Source: Balanoglossus misakiensis (Eukaryota > Animalia > Hemichordata). From it: a DNA stretch of 64,000 nt. The notes beneath the pieces are model-generated. The model was not told where the DNA came from and ran no database searches. It saw only the letters and a program-made list of their open reading frames with translations. Shown piece after piece: positions 34,463-48,150 of this stretch. The stretch spans positions 8,416,844 to 8,480,843 of the forward strand of contig CM082588.2 in the NCBI GenBank assembly GCA_040954595.2, given 5' to 3'. Every line of letters starts with the position of its first letter. Within the stretch, counting starts at the first letter, position 1. A program made the position numbers and the translations under genes.

Positions 34463-37400
34463 TATGGCCGAAAAGGACACACAGGAATCAGTGCCAACCG
34501 CTGATGATCAAGGTAAGCCTGATGAAACAGATCAAATTGTAACAAAAGCAGAGATTCATGAAACTGAAATGGATGAAAATGTGTACACATTACGCAGATC
34601 AGAACGAGTACCCAAGCTTACTGAGAAAGCTAGGGAAGGTAAGTTAATTGATTTGGAGAAGCAGTTCTGGCGTACTCACAATCGGTTGTTGTCATTTGTG
34701 AAAAACCCTGACATATTCGACAAAGAGTCTGTAGAAAACATATATACTATTTTGAAAGAAATGTTTTGATTGAAATTCATGATCAGATACGCGCCGTGTC
34801 GGACACCCCCTTAGAGGATGTATTGAAAGCCGTCGATCGTTTGAATTTGCGCGTGGATAGTGTCATCAATTATGCACAGCGACTGATTGCGCGAGCCGAT
34901 GCTCATAGCTCGGTTTCATTCGGATCTGTGCCCTCGCATCACACAAAGTCGAGCTCTAGGTCATCCAAACGATCCAGCTCTTCCAGTACGTCATCAGTAC
35001 GGAGAAACGCAGCTGTCAGGGCAGCTGCCCTACAGGCGGAAATCGAGGCAAAACATGAAGAGACAGCACATGAAGAGGAATTGGAACACTTAGAGACAGA
35101 AATACGTCGTAAGAAAAGAGTGTTAGAACGACAGAAATTAGTGGGAGAACTGCATGTGGAGAAAGCGAAGATAGCTGCTTGTGAAAGAGAAGAACTACTT
35201 GACAACCTGCCATTAGCGAAGACTGTGTTTCCACCGGTGACGAGCGAGTTACCTATCGTGAAGACTGAACCGATCAGCCAGTCGACACCAGCTGCTCATA
35301 TTCCCGCGCGTACTGTGAAAGCAGAACCAGTCACCCCGCCGACTACCAAGCCGTCGACGTCGCAACCGAAACGACAAGATTATACACTACGTGCAACAGC
35401 AAATGAATATCGCCCATCGGAGAACAGAGAAGACCTCAAGGTATTGACAGAAGCCTTGGCAACATCTGTGTCCTTGAGCAGACTCGCTACACCCGAACCA
35501 CCAATGTTCATGGGAGACCCACTTTCTTATCCAGATTGGATATCGTCTTTCATTACCTTAGTTGAATCACGAGGGGTCCCACCAATCGAAAGAATCCATC
35601 ACCTGAAGAAGTATTTGGGTGGACCTGCTAAGGAAGCAGTCGCCGGATGCTTCTTACTCCGAAGTGAAGGAGCATACGAAGAGGCAAGAACCATTCTGGA
35701 AGAACGATACGGTAATTCCTTCGCCGTAACAGAGGCCTTTAGAGAAAAAATCGAAAGATGGCCGAGAATCCCCGGCCAGGACGGGAAGGCATTGCGAAAG
35801 TTCGCAGACTTCTTGAAACAATGCCGGATTGCGATGAAGGATATCCCAGACCTCTCAGTGCTGAACGATATCCACGAAAATAGGAAAATGCTCCAGAAGT
35901 TACCGGACTGGCTCGTAAACAGATGGAGCAGGATCGTAGCAAAAATAAAAAAGGCTACGAACGCATACCCCCCATTCGAAAGATTTGTCTGCTTCATGAT
36001 GGAGGAGGCAGATATTGCATGTGACCCATTGACCTCAATCGGCTCGCTGAGGTCCCCAACAGACAGAGACCCGGAGAAAACTCCGACCAGCACCAGGAGG
36101 CGCACCCAAGGTGCACGTACGCTCTCGACCACAGCAAAACCAGGGGCGGTAAACCAGTCGTGTGTTTTCTGCAAAAAGACTGGGCACGCTATACAGGAAT
36201 GTTATAGCTTCGCTTCCACGCCTATGTCCGATAGACAGGAATTTGTTCGAAAGGGCGGTTACTGCTTCGGATGTCTTAACACGGGGCACATCTCAAAGAA
36301 CTGCAAATCCCGTGGCGTGTGTAAAAAATGCTGTAGGAAACATCCCACCAGTCTGCATTCCGACGAAAAAATTGTTCAGCCGAGGACATTTAACTCGTCC
36401 ATGAACGAAACCATGAGCACTGTTCAGTCTCCAGTGCGAGACTACAGAAAAGAAACCACACCCGAAACGAAGAAAGCGGACTGCTATGGTGTGACTTGCC
36501 CGCGAGGAAAGTCTATTTCGTCGATGATCGTTCCAGTGTGGATTTCTGGATACGAAGAACCGAACAGAGAGATTCTAGTGTACGCGCTGTTGGACACACA
36601 GTCAGACACTACTTTCGTGTTGGATCATGTCGCTGAACAGCTACATACAGCATCTGAGCCAGCAAACCTTCGTATGACAACCATGACAACGAGCAACAAG
36701 GTTGTCACCTGTCACAAGTATCGCAAACTCAGAGTTCGCGGATTTGACTGTGACAAAATAGTTCCGTTGCCCACTACGTATTCGCTTGATTACATACCAG
36801 TGGAAAAATCGCACATACCCACTCGTGATATGGCCAATGGGTGGCCTCATCTTAGAGAAATCGCTACTCGTATTCATCCTCAACAGAAATGTGAAGTTGG
36901 TCTGTTGATAGGTTATGATTGTCCCCAAGCCCTAGCACCACGTAGCTGTGTCACAGGCAGTGGAAATCAGCCATTCGCAGTAGAGACAGACTTAGGATGG
37001 AGCATCGTCGGACATCTTACACATCGAGATGAAAGGGAAGATGTCTTCAGTTTTACCCATAGAGTACTTACAAAGGTGATACCAGACGGTCTACAACCAG
37101 GTGTAAACAGTCAGCAGAGACTTCGTATGGAAGAGTCTCATTCGTCGGCAGTTCGTTATGCCTTTAAGACCACAGCCAAGGAGCAAGTCCTCAACCCTTT
37201 GGACGTGGTGAGAATTCTCGAATCGGACTTCAACGAACAAAGAGTTGAAGAAACCGCCATGTCTCAGGACGACATTCGATTTTTGAAGATCATGGAAAAT
37301 GGTATTTCGAAAGAACCAGATGGATTCTATACAATGCCACTTCCATTCAGACAAGATAGACCAGCGCTCCCAAACAACAGATGTATAGCGCAGCAGAGAC

Positions 37401-37972
37401 TTCAGTACTTGAAAAGGCGCTTCAAGTCAAACCCAAAGTATCTGAACGACTACAGAAACTTCATGGAAGACATTATCGCGTCAGGAGATGCGGAACTGGT
37501 CGACGACAAGAATACACATGATGGATCGATGTGGTATATTCCACACCATGGGGTGTATCACCCTAAAAAAACAGACAAAATTCGTGTCGTGTTCGATTGT
37601 AGTGCAAGGTTCAAGGGAACGAGCCTCAACGATCATTTGTTGCAGGGACCGGATCAGATAAATTCCCTCATCGGTGTACTTTGTCGTTTTCGTAAAGAGA
37701 ACATCGCAGTCATGTGTGACATCGAGCGAATGTTCCACAGATTCAGAGTCAAGAAAGATGACAGAAACTATCTCCGATTCCTTTGGTGGAGAGATGGTAA
37801 TGTCGACTCGGAACCAGTTACTTACAGGATGAATGTTCACCTATTCGGCGCTGTGTCCTCGCCAGGATGCGCGAACTACGGACTTCGACAAGTGGCCAAA
37901 GACAACCCACAACATGGAAAGAGTGCAGTAGATTTCGTCGCAAAGAATTTCTATGTTGATGATGGTCTCCAT
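34463..37972 (+). CDS. BEL/Pao gag-protease-RT (frameshift at ~34760 and after YVDDGL at ~37970)
   Basis: PEPPMFMGDP/HLKKYLGGPAKEAV gag region, triple Cys-His knuckles, ALLDTQS protease, WYIPHHGV..KIRVVFD, YVDD. Confidence 0.9.
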
Positions 37973-39534
37973 AAGTCTCGAGACGGCATCAGAGGCTGTC
38001 CAACTTATACAGGATGTTCGCAACCTTTGCGCAGAAGGAAATTTACGTCTGCACAAGTTCATATCGAATGACAGAACTACGATGGAATCTGTCCCTATTT
38101 CAGAGCGTGCCAAGAACGTCAAGGATTTGGATTTGTCGTTCAGTGAGCTACCTATCGAAAGAGCACTTGGAATCGAGTGGCGCGTTGAGTCAGACTCGTT
38201 CCATTTTTCGCCTATCGTCAAGATGCACTCGCCTTCTCGCCGTGGAATACTTTCGGCAGTAGCATCTGTTTTCGATCCTCTCGGATTTCTCGCACCTTTC
38301 GTACTTCGAGGAAAACGGATCTTGCAAGAGATGTGCAAGAAAGGAACCGATTGGGATGATCCCTTGCCAGACGATTTACGTCCGAGGTGGGAATCATGGC
38401 TTGCTGAGTTGCCCAAGCTAGACGACTTGAAGATAAGAAGGTGCTTCAAGCCGCAACATTTCGGACCAGTGAAGAAAGTTGAGCTTCACCACTTCTCGGA
38501 TGCCAGCCTGACAGGTTATGGGCAGTGTTCGTATATCAGACTAGTCGACATTCTAGATAATATCCATTGTTCGCTCGTGATGGGAAAGGCTAGAGTCGCC
38601 CCTTTTAAACCCATTACTGTTCCTCGATTGGAACTTCAAGCTGCTGTTGTCTCTATACAGGTCAGCAATCTACTGAACAAAGAGTTAGATTACCCAGTGA
38701 TGGAGAACTTCTACTGGACAGACTCGAAAGTGGTACTCGGCTACATAGGAAATAATGCTCGTCGCATCCACATATATGTCGCGAATCGCATACAAAGAAT
38801 TAAAGAATCATCTCAGCCAGAGCAGTGGCGCTATGTCCACACTGAGGAGAACCCTGCAGATCATGCATCTCGTGGACTCGGCGTTGATGGACTGATGAAG
38901 TCCAATTGGTTTAGAGGTCCTGCCTTTTTGTGGGACAAAGAGCTTCCTCTGTCCACTCGGGTAGACGCACAGGTGTCAGCAGATGACCCCGAGGTAAAGA
39001 ATACCAGAACATTGATGACTTCCTCGACTGCAACGTCATCCATGTTACATCGTGTAGAGCGATTTTCGGATTGGAACAAGGTTGTAGGAGCATTCGCCAC
39101 CTTGTATCGCTATGTATCCGGGAAGGGAAAGCGAAAGGAAATCGCTTCCGGAGAAACAAGACAGAAAGCTACCATGGCCATCGTGGCATGGGCCCAACAG
39201 GAAGCTTTCAAAGAAGAAATAGAGTCATTGAAATGTCGCACCTCAGAAGACAGTGAACCCTCAATGGTGAAACGTAACAGTCACCTGTACCCATTGAACC
39301 CATACCTAGATGATCAGCAGATACTCAGAGTTGGAGGCAGACTGAGTAGATCCTCCATGCCTGACTATGTCAAGCACCCTATTATTCTACCTCGAAAGAG
39401 TCACGTGACTACACTGCTTATCAGATGGTGTCATGAGCAAGTGGCCCACCAGGGACGTGGTATTACAGTGAACAAACTCAGATCGTGTGGATTCTGGATC
39501 ATCAACTGCAACACAGCAGTCGCTTCGTATATAC
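37973..39534 (+). CDS. BEL/Pao pol continuation: RT thumb, RNase H, integrase zinc-finger start
   Basis: RALGIEW, FDPLGFLAP, LHHFSDAS, TVPRLELQAA, WTDS, NPADHASRG, HEQVAHQG; interrupted at 39534 by a LINE. Confidence 0.9.
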
Positions 39535-40215
39535 TCTTATGTTGGTTTATAATGCTATTTTCCTTTCTATAATTGATTACTGTTGCACTGTTTGGGGCAA
39601 CACATCAAAAACCAATCTACAGAGAATTTATAAACTTCAGAAAAGAGCCGGCAGAGTAATTTTAGGAGTAGACATTACATTTCCTTCTCGTTCTCTTCTG
39701 ACAACTCTTCATTGGTTGCCCATTGATATTAGAATTGAGTATTTCATTGCTGTTCAAACTTTCAAGATACTACATGGCCTGGCGCCTGATTATTTAAATG
39801 AATTTTCCTATGTTTCTGAGATGTACAATTTTACCACTAGATCTGTCAGCAACGCTAATTTGTATGTGCCCACTTTTAAAACAGCAACTGGGCAAAGGTC
39901 TTTTATGTATCGAGCAACAAATATCTGGAACAATATTCCCCTGTCTATAAGAAGTATATACAGTCTGTCACAGTTCAAGTCACAACTACGTAACTTTTTT
40001 CACACTAAATTTATAAATGAAGGTTCATCACTTGATTAGATTTCATGAATGTTTCCGCCATTGCGACTTTATTTGATTTTTTCAGTGTTTTTTTTTTTTC
40101 CTTGTTGTATTCATTCTCATTTTGCCTTTGAGGGCTCTGTTGTATATTACAATTCTACTTTGTAACACAGACTACCCTCTTTAAATAAAGCATAATAATA
40201 ATAATAATAATAATA
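39535..40215 (+). mobile_element. 5'-truncated CR1/L2-group LINE nested in the BEL integrase
   Basis: IDYCCTVWG..KLQKRAGRVIL..LHWLP..GQRSFMYRATNIWNNIP; AATAAA + (AAT)n tail; flanked by ATATAC. Removing it restores ASYIHKCVQCRKLRGK. Confidence 0.92.
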
Positions 40216-41285
40216 ATATACACAAGTGTGTTCAGTGTAGGAAACTCAGAGGCAAGGCCAACACACAGAGAATGGCAGATTTGCCCAAAGATCGTCTCGA
40301 GCCATCGCCGCCATTTACCTATTGTGGAATGGACTGCTTTGGACCTTTCGTCGTGAAGGAACGCCGCAGTGATGTGAAACGATATGGTGTCATTTTCACT
40401 TGCCTAGCGCTTCGAGCCATACACATAGAGGTTGTCGAAGAAATGTCAACCGATGCATTTCTGAATTCGCTTCGCACATTCATCGCTATCAGAGGACCCG
40501 TACGACACTTGCGTTGTGATCGAGGATCCAATTTCGTAGGAGCCAGGAATGAGCTTCAGCTTGGATTGCAAGCTCTCGACGAAGGAAGAATCAAAGATGT
40601 GTTGTCCAAACGACAGTGTGAATTTGTTTTCAATTCACCCTCCTCGAGTCATATGGGAGGCGTTTGGGAACGTCAAATACGGTCGGTCAGAAACGTTCTC
40701 GCAGGAATTCTGGAAAAGATGGGATCCAGATTGAACACTTCGTCTCTTCGTACTCTGATGTACGAAGCAATGGCGATCGTGAATAGTCGACCCTTATCAG
40801 CAGAAAACTTGAACGACCCTACTGGACCGATGCCTCTTACTCCAAATCAGCTGCTGACTATGAAATCGGATGTGATTTTGCCACCGCCAGGCAACTTCGT
40901 CAGAGAAGATCTGTATGCCAGGAAACGATGGCGTGCTGTTCAGTATCTTGCGAACGAGTTCTGGACAAGATGGCGTAAGGAATACTTACAGAATCTACAG
41001 GCCAGACAGAAGTGGCAGGAAACAAAGAGAAACCTTGAAGTTGGAGATATTGTACTTCTGAAGGAAGATGACACTGTGAGAAATCAGTGGAGACTTGCAA
41101 AAGTAATAGACACTTTGCGCGATGATGATTGTTTGATACGCAGAGTCACTATCCTTGTGGGTGATCCCAACCTCTCGAAACAAGGACAAGGTAAGAAAGT
41201 AGACAAGGCAACAATTTTAGAAAGGCCTATTCATAAGCTTGTTTTATTGGTAGAAAATCCCGAAGCAGAAAAAATGCTAAGGTAA
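40216..41285 (+). CDS. BEL/Pao integrase (DDE)
   Basis: MADLP.DR..PSPPF..CGMDCFGP, CDRGSNF, GGVWER, FWTRWRKEYL, LERPIHKL. Confidence 0.92.
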
Positions 41286-41390
41286 GTTGTTCTCAGCGAC
41301 ACAGGGGAGAGCTGAGAAATAGCTTGGACGTATTTGGTAGTTGTTTTCAGTGTTTCGATTAGGTAAAATCAATGTGATTTTAGGGGGGAG

Positions 41391-42289
41391 TGTGGCTGAA
41401 GCCATGCAAAAACAAAGGAATTTCGTATTTTTAATTATGAGGGATATGCACGAACAGTTTGTTGCTTTAAAACCTTACTCCATAAAAATAGTTCCCTTTT
41501 TGTTACGAGTTTCGATATTGTAGACTTTTAATTTTCACAGAGAAAGATGTTGTGACTTTATGTGTACCTTTGAAGGTCATTGTGAACACATCGACAAACC
41601 ATATTTCGCCCAAAAGTTTTACAAGTAGTCCATCTACGATTGTCATATCACTACACATTTTTACCTCGTGTTTTCGACTTCGCTATGGGACGGTGAAGTA
41701 CACCCTCGTCTCTCGTTTCGCACCCTTCGATATTTCGTTCGTATTTCGAAACTTCCCGACCACAAGGCTTTACAAGTCGCCAGCGAGGTAATATATCTTT
41801 CGGTATTCTTACAGATATGAATTGTATTTCGTGAAACTTTATTGTAATTAGACTTTGACGAGTTGTCTGCATCTTGTACATCAGTCACGTACATCGAACT
41901 GTGTTGCTTGCACATATCTGTTTTCGATTGAAATCATTCTCGATTTTCGTATATGTAATTCTTTCGATTTGACATTTTGTATTTGTATTTATGTTTCAGT
42001 TTTTACGGTTTACGGTTAACTCGGTCTATACCATTTGGTCTTGGTCTATTCGAGACTAGGTTTATTCGGTCTATTCGAATCAATCTCGGTCATTCTCGAG
42101 GTCTATTTGGCCTATTCGCATCGAGGTCTGCGCACATCTCGTCTTTCGAAGTCTTTCGACTATTGTGTACAGTCTCGTACGGTTGCTTTCGGCGATCGCT
42201 CGATCGATTTATCGATAATAAACCGAAGACCCGTATATGGAAACTCGACTCTGACTTTTGAATATTACGGAAAAGCTTTGGCGGTCACA
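41391..42289 (+). repeat. 3' LTR
   Basis: 899 bp, follows the PPT, followed by the CTATA TSD. Confidence 0.95.
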
Positions 42290-42294
42290 CTATA

Positions 42295-45200
42295 ACCACT
42301 GTCATACGGGACAGAAGTTTAAGGTTGTTCGTATATCTGCGCGGATTCACACCAGCAGTTTTCTGTCTGAAGTCAGCGGAACTTTTACACCTCCTTAGTG
42401 GCACGCAGACAAAATGAGTGAAATATCGGGTGTTTTTCCAAACCTCGCCCACACCCATAGTGCTTCAGTTTAAATTATGGCGCCAATCAACAACACCGAG
42501 ATTGACGGCACGTGTGAAAGGCACTTAAAGTGCCTTACACACGTGCCGTCAACGCCGCCCCAGCAGCCGCCCTAGGGCGGCGTTAATTTGTAAGTGCCAC
42601 GTGTGAAAAGGTGAGAGCAGTCCTGCGCCGGTCTTTTTCTGGGACGGTGTTGAGGGGTGGGACCTGGTCGGGGCGCTGCACTAAGCAGCGATTCAAATCA
42701 CGTGTGAACAGAAACACCGCACTAAACGCCGATCTAAACGCACTCTACCGACGCGGTTTGTCTCATTAAGCGCTGCATTAAGCGTTGAGGTTCACTTTAC
42801 TAAAACAATGGCCGAAGCAGTGTCTCGAGGCAACAATTGGAGTGACGCGGAAATGGCCAAGGATTAAATGTCGGGCCACAAACACAATCTTGACATCGAC
42901 ACACAGTCACACAGGACAGAAGTTTAAGGTGTTGCGGATCTATACGGATTCACACCAGAAGTTTTTTTTTCTGAAGTCAGCACAACTTTTACACCTCCTT
43001 AGTGGCAATCAGACAAAATGGGTGAAATATCGGGTGTTTTGGCAAACCTCGCCCACATCCACTTATGTTTAAATTATGGCGCTAATCAACAACACTAAGA
43101 TTTACAAGGGGTTTTAAACAGACGCCAAATTACATTAATGTGATAAAGTGGAACGTGCAAACTTTACAGAAACACCCCACGCGAGCGGCAAATATGGCCC
43201 AACAAGAGGTGATATGGGGCGATAATCGGGTTGAACTTTATAGCTAGTCGTTTGGTCAGCTGTTCTTGGACGGTCATAATTATTGTTGTTTTACCGCGTT
43301 CGCCATTAATATAGTACAAATCGCACGCTTTCTACTTCGGCCTGACCGAGAACTTTAAGCATTGACACTTTTACTCTATTTATACTCTATTACCGTTGAT
43401 TCAGTATATGCACCTGTCACTACACATTCTGCCATATACATTTCTATGATTCCTCACCTGTTGAAGAGTTTCACCCTCCCGTGGTGTTCAACGATGGTCT
43501 TCGAAGATTTTAACCAGAGAGGCTACACAAACGTGTAAAAGGCTTGAGTTACGAATAATCAGGTCTCTGCAGCCTTTTCAAGTCTTGGGGAACATAAAAC
43601 GTCACACCGCCATTTTGGTCGTCGGACAACAGGTAGAAAATTGTGTGCTTGGTTATTGCCATACCGAGGCTCACGTGGAATTTGAACTTAGTGCAAGTCT
43701 TTGTGTAGTAGACAAAATCAACTAAACGAATAAGCATACTCTGGTTGGACAAAAAAGGTGGCGGAGTTTAATTTGCTATAAATGTCTGTTTCATATTGCC
43801 ATGCTAATACTTGGAAATTGTAGAAGGTTTGGAATCAGGAATGTAACACTTCCCAATCAAATTCTCAAAGGTTTTCATTTCCTTGTATCATACTGTTTTA
43901 GGAGCAATGAAACGAGGCATGCACATCAACATTGAACTTCATCGATTATGAATATATATTGGAGACTGATTCATATACATTGCAGAGCTTTGATTTTAGG
44001 AGCAATCGTGCGTAATTATCGAATATGACATAGCAATCGATGTGTTTTGTCATGTGCATTCGTAAATGCTCACCTTTTGAAGAATTTTCATTCCGCCGTG
44101 GTGTAAAAGTGGTTGTCGATGATTAAATGTCAGGCCACAAACACAATCTTGACATCGACACACAGTCACGCGGGACAGAAGTTTAAGGTTTTGCGGATCT
44201 ATACGGATTCACACCAGAAGTTTTTTTTTCTGAAGTCAGCACAACTTTTACACCTCCTTAGTGGCAACCAGACAAAAAGGAGGAAATATCGGGTATTTTG
44301 CCAAACCTCGCCCACACCCACTTCAGTTTAAATTATGGCGCTAATCAACAACAGCAAGATTGACGGCACGTGTGAAAGGCACTTAAAGTGCCTTTCACAC
44401 GTGCCGTCAACGCGGCCCCAGCGGCGGCCCTAGGGCGGCGTTAATTTGTAAGTGCCACGTGTGAAAAGGTGAGAGCAGTCCTGCGCCGGTCTTTTTCTGG
44501 GACGGTGTTGAGGGGTGGGACCTGGTTGGGGCGCTGCACTAAGCAGCGATTCAAATCACGTGTGAACAGAAACACCGCACTAAACGCCGATCTAAACGCA
44601 CTCTACCGACGCGGTTTGTCTCATTAAGCGCTGCATTAAGCGTTGAGGTTCACTTTACTAAAACAATGGCCGAAGCAGTGTCTCGAGGCAACAATTGGAG
44701 TGACGCGGAAATGGCCAAGGATTAAATGTCGGGCCACAAACACAATTTTGACATCGACACACAGTCACACAGGACAGAAGTTTAAGGTGTTGCGGATCTA
44801 TACGGATTCACACCAGAAGTTTTTTTTTCTGAAGTCAGCACAACTTTTACACCTCCTTAGTGGCAATCAGACAAAAATGGGTGAAATATCGAGTGTTTTG
44901 CCAAACCTCGCCCACATCCACTTAAGTTTAAATTATGGCGCTAATCAACAACACTAAGATTTACAAGGGGTTTTAAACAGACGCCAAATTACATTAATGT
45001 GATAAAGTGGAACGTGCAAACTTTACAGAAACACCCCACGCGAGCGGCAAATATGGCCCACCAAGAGGTGATATGGGGCGATAATCGGGTTGAACTTTAT
45101 AGCTAGTCGTTTGGTCAGCTGTTCTTGGACGGTCATAATTATTGTTGTTTTACCGCGTTCGCCATAAATATAGTACAAATCTCACTTTTTCTACTTCGGC

Positions 45201-46135
45201 CTGACCGAGAACTTTAAGAATTAACACTTTTACTCTATTAAATATGTCCATTTTCTGGTATGCTTTCTGAAAGCAATTCATGCCAATAAATCATTGTTCG
45301 TGTATAAATCGATTTCATGTGACAGATATACGCTCTTCAACCAGGTTTTACCTTACGCTCTGTACCTTGCACGTATGCAATTGCAAATTTTACCGTTGAT
45401 TCAGTATATGCACCTGTCACTACACATTCTGCCATATACATTTCTAATATTCCTCACCTGTTGAAGAGTTTCACCCTCCCGTGGTGTTCAACGATGGTCT
45501 TCGAAGACTTAAACCAGACAGGCTATATACACGAATGTTTTAAAGGCTTGGGTTACGAATAATCAGGTCTCTGCAGCCTTTTCAACTCTTGTGAAAAATA
45601 AAGCGTCACACGCTATTTTGGTCGTCGGACAACAGACAAAAAATGGCCGGTGTGGTTGGTGATTACCACATCGAGGCTCACGCGGACTTTGAACGTTGGT
45701 GTAAATCCTTGTATTAAAGGTATACGGTCACCTATGGAAATTACCTACAGTTACCATGGTAAACTTGAGATCTAGCCAATCACGGATTTTCAGTGGGTGG
45801 CACACGCGAAAAAAAGAGCGCCACAATATGTTCTTTAAAATGCTCAAATACGCTATTTCAGCCATATATGGGCGTATGTAAATTGGAGGTGACTGTATAC
45901 CTTTAAGGCACATCAACAGTACAGCAAATATATTCCAATTGGACAAACCAAGGTGGAAAAGTGTAATTTGCTGTATGTCAGTTCATACTGACATAGTAAC
46001 AATCGGAAATTGTAGAAGAATGTGGAATCAGGAATGTATACCACTTCCCTTTCAAATTCTCTAGGTTCTCATTCCCTTTTATCGTACTGTTTTATAGGAG
46101 TTTCCAGCCTTCTAATTTCTGTCAATTATCATTAT
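42295..46135. repeat. Tandem ~1.86-kb units built from the local repeat family plus a Harbinger-like fragment
   Basis: Period seen from the palindromes at 42502 and 44360 and the near-identical short ORFs at 42785 and 44643. Confidence 0.85.
45714..45906. mobile_element. Kolobok-like MITE with TTAA TSD (same family as 20915-21112)
   Basis: TTAA-AGGTATACGGTCACC...GGTGACTGTATACCT-TTAA; empty paralogous site 'ccttgtattaaggcacatc' at ~8091-8109. Confidence 0.88.
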
Positions 46136-46349
46136 TAAAGGTACATGAGCTGCAACTGGATAAAAGAATTAAAGTTTTAAATAATCTCATATCTGCTTTT
46201 AATTGTGTCTATTAAATGATATTTCATGATAATATATCAAGCCTAACACTTATTTATGACAAAATGGCCAAAAAATAAAGAAAAACGAACATTCCTGCAT
46301 TTTTTAAAAAAGTGCAATATTGCAATGAAAAAAGAAAATATAATTTGTT

Positions 46350-48150
46350 TTATCTTTCTGTTCAGAAACAGAGAATGAAGACAGAAGGAGTTGAATTCCA
46401 AGGTGTCATTCGACAAGAGTATGATTTTACACTTCCATACGATCACAGACAATCGACTATAGCCCAGCACTGTCAACTTTTATACTAACACAAGAATATA
46501 CCAGGTGTTATCTTATGACTTTGTACAAAGTCTGTCCACGTATGCTGACCATCATGATAAGAGAGGAATGGCAGAACAAGAATGGGCAAAATAGGGCAGT
46601 TGCTATGCCCCCGAAACTTTGTCCGGCACAAATAACAAGCATAGGTCACACAGTCAAAGTACAGTCGTACGCTATATCTATTCAATTTGCTATACCGGTA
46701 TCTGTCGACCCTGGATAGCAACCAATGTATGCTTCGATAAGTTGAACTATAACATACCTAAACACGTATCTAAAAACAGATCCCCACCCCCAGATGTAAA
46801 TTGTCGCGGACAGGTAATGCTTAGTGTCGAAGTCTAACAGAAATGAATTGCCTACAGCCGCAACAGTGACATCAACAGACAGACAGCAAATGATATACAG
46901 CTGCAATAATTGTAGTGGGTGTTGCTAGTTTGACTGGTGTGTTCGCGCCACTCAACCTAACAGCACCCGCTACAATCATTGCAGCAAAATGATAAAGTGC
47001 CTTGGAACAGAAGTATCAATATAAAAGCAAAATATGTGTTTCTCGTTCTGATGAAGAAAGGCCTTTACCACACACAGTCAGGATACGAATGTGGATACGC
47101 GCCTGTACATTAGTCACTAATTCACGGACGCACACTAATATGCAACTTTTAACAACGGAACATGTCAACGCGATTGGACAGTTATGCGCCATTGTGGAGT
47201 GCGACAATATGGCAGTTGCACATACGAATCAAATACATATTGGCCAGAAATTTTATCATTCTGTTCAGAAACAGAGTGGAGACAGAGGGAGTAAAATTCC
47301 AAGGTGTCATTCAACAAGAGTATGATTTTACCCTTCCATACGATCGACCATACCTCAGCACTGTCAACTTATTATACTAACACAAGAATATACCAGGTGT
47401 TATCTTATGACTTTGTACAAAGTCTGTCCACGCATCCTGACCATCATGATAAGAGAAGAATGGCAGAACAAGAATGGGCAAAATAGGGCAGTTGCTATGC
47501 CCCCGAAACTTTGTCCGGCACAAATAACAAGCATAGGTCGCACAGTCAAAGTACAGTCGTACGCTATATTGTTATATCTATTCAATTTGCTATACCGGTA
47601 TCTGTCGACTCTGGATAGCAACGAATGTATGCTTCGATAAGTTGAACTATAACATACCTAACAACGTATCTAAAAAAAACAGATCCCCACCCCTAGATGT
47701 AAACTGTCGCGGACAGGTAATGCTTAGTGTCGAAGTCTGACAGAAATGAATTGCCTACTGCCGCAACAGTGACATCTACAGACAAACAGCAAATGATATA
47801 CCGCTGCAAGAGATGTAGTGGGTGCTGCTAGGTTGACTGGTGTGTTCGCGCCACTCAACCTAGCAGCACCCGCTACAATCATTGCAGCTAAATGATATAG
47901 TGCCTTGGAACAGAAGTATCAATATAAAGGCAAGATATGTGTTTCTCGTTCTGATGAAGAAAGGCCTTTACCACGCACAGACAGGAAACGAACGTGGATA
48001 CGCACCTCTCCTGTATTAAACATTGCAGCTATACATTGGTCACTAATTCATGGACGCATATTAATATGCAACTTTACAAAAATCATGTCACCTGAACATG
48101 TCAACGCGATTGGACAGTTATGCGCCATATTGGACTGCGGCAACCGCATT
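46350..48150. repeat. Tandem ~0.9-kb repeat (2 units) with hairpins at 46900-46985 and 47803-47888
   Basis: Paralog of 12745-14580. Confidence 0.88.

Larger units (their letters stand above)
32875..42289 (+). mobile_element. Full-length BEL/Pao LTR retrotransposon
   Basis: 899-bp TG...CA LTRs, 5-bp TSD CTATA (32870-32874 and 42290-42294), PPT TAGGGGGGAG (41381-41390), domain order gag-PR-RT-RH-IN. Confidence 0.97.
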
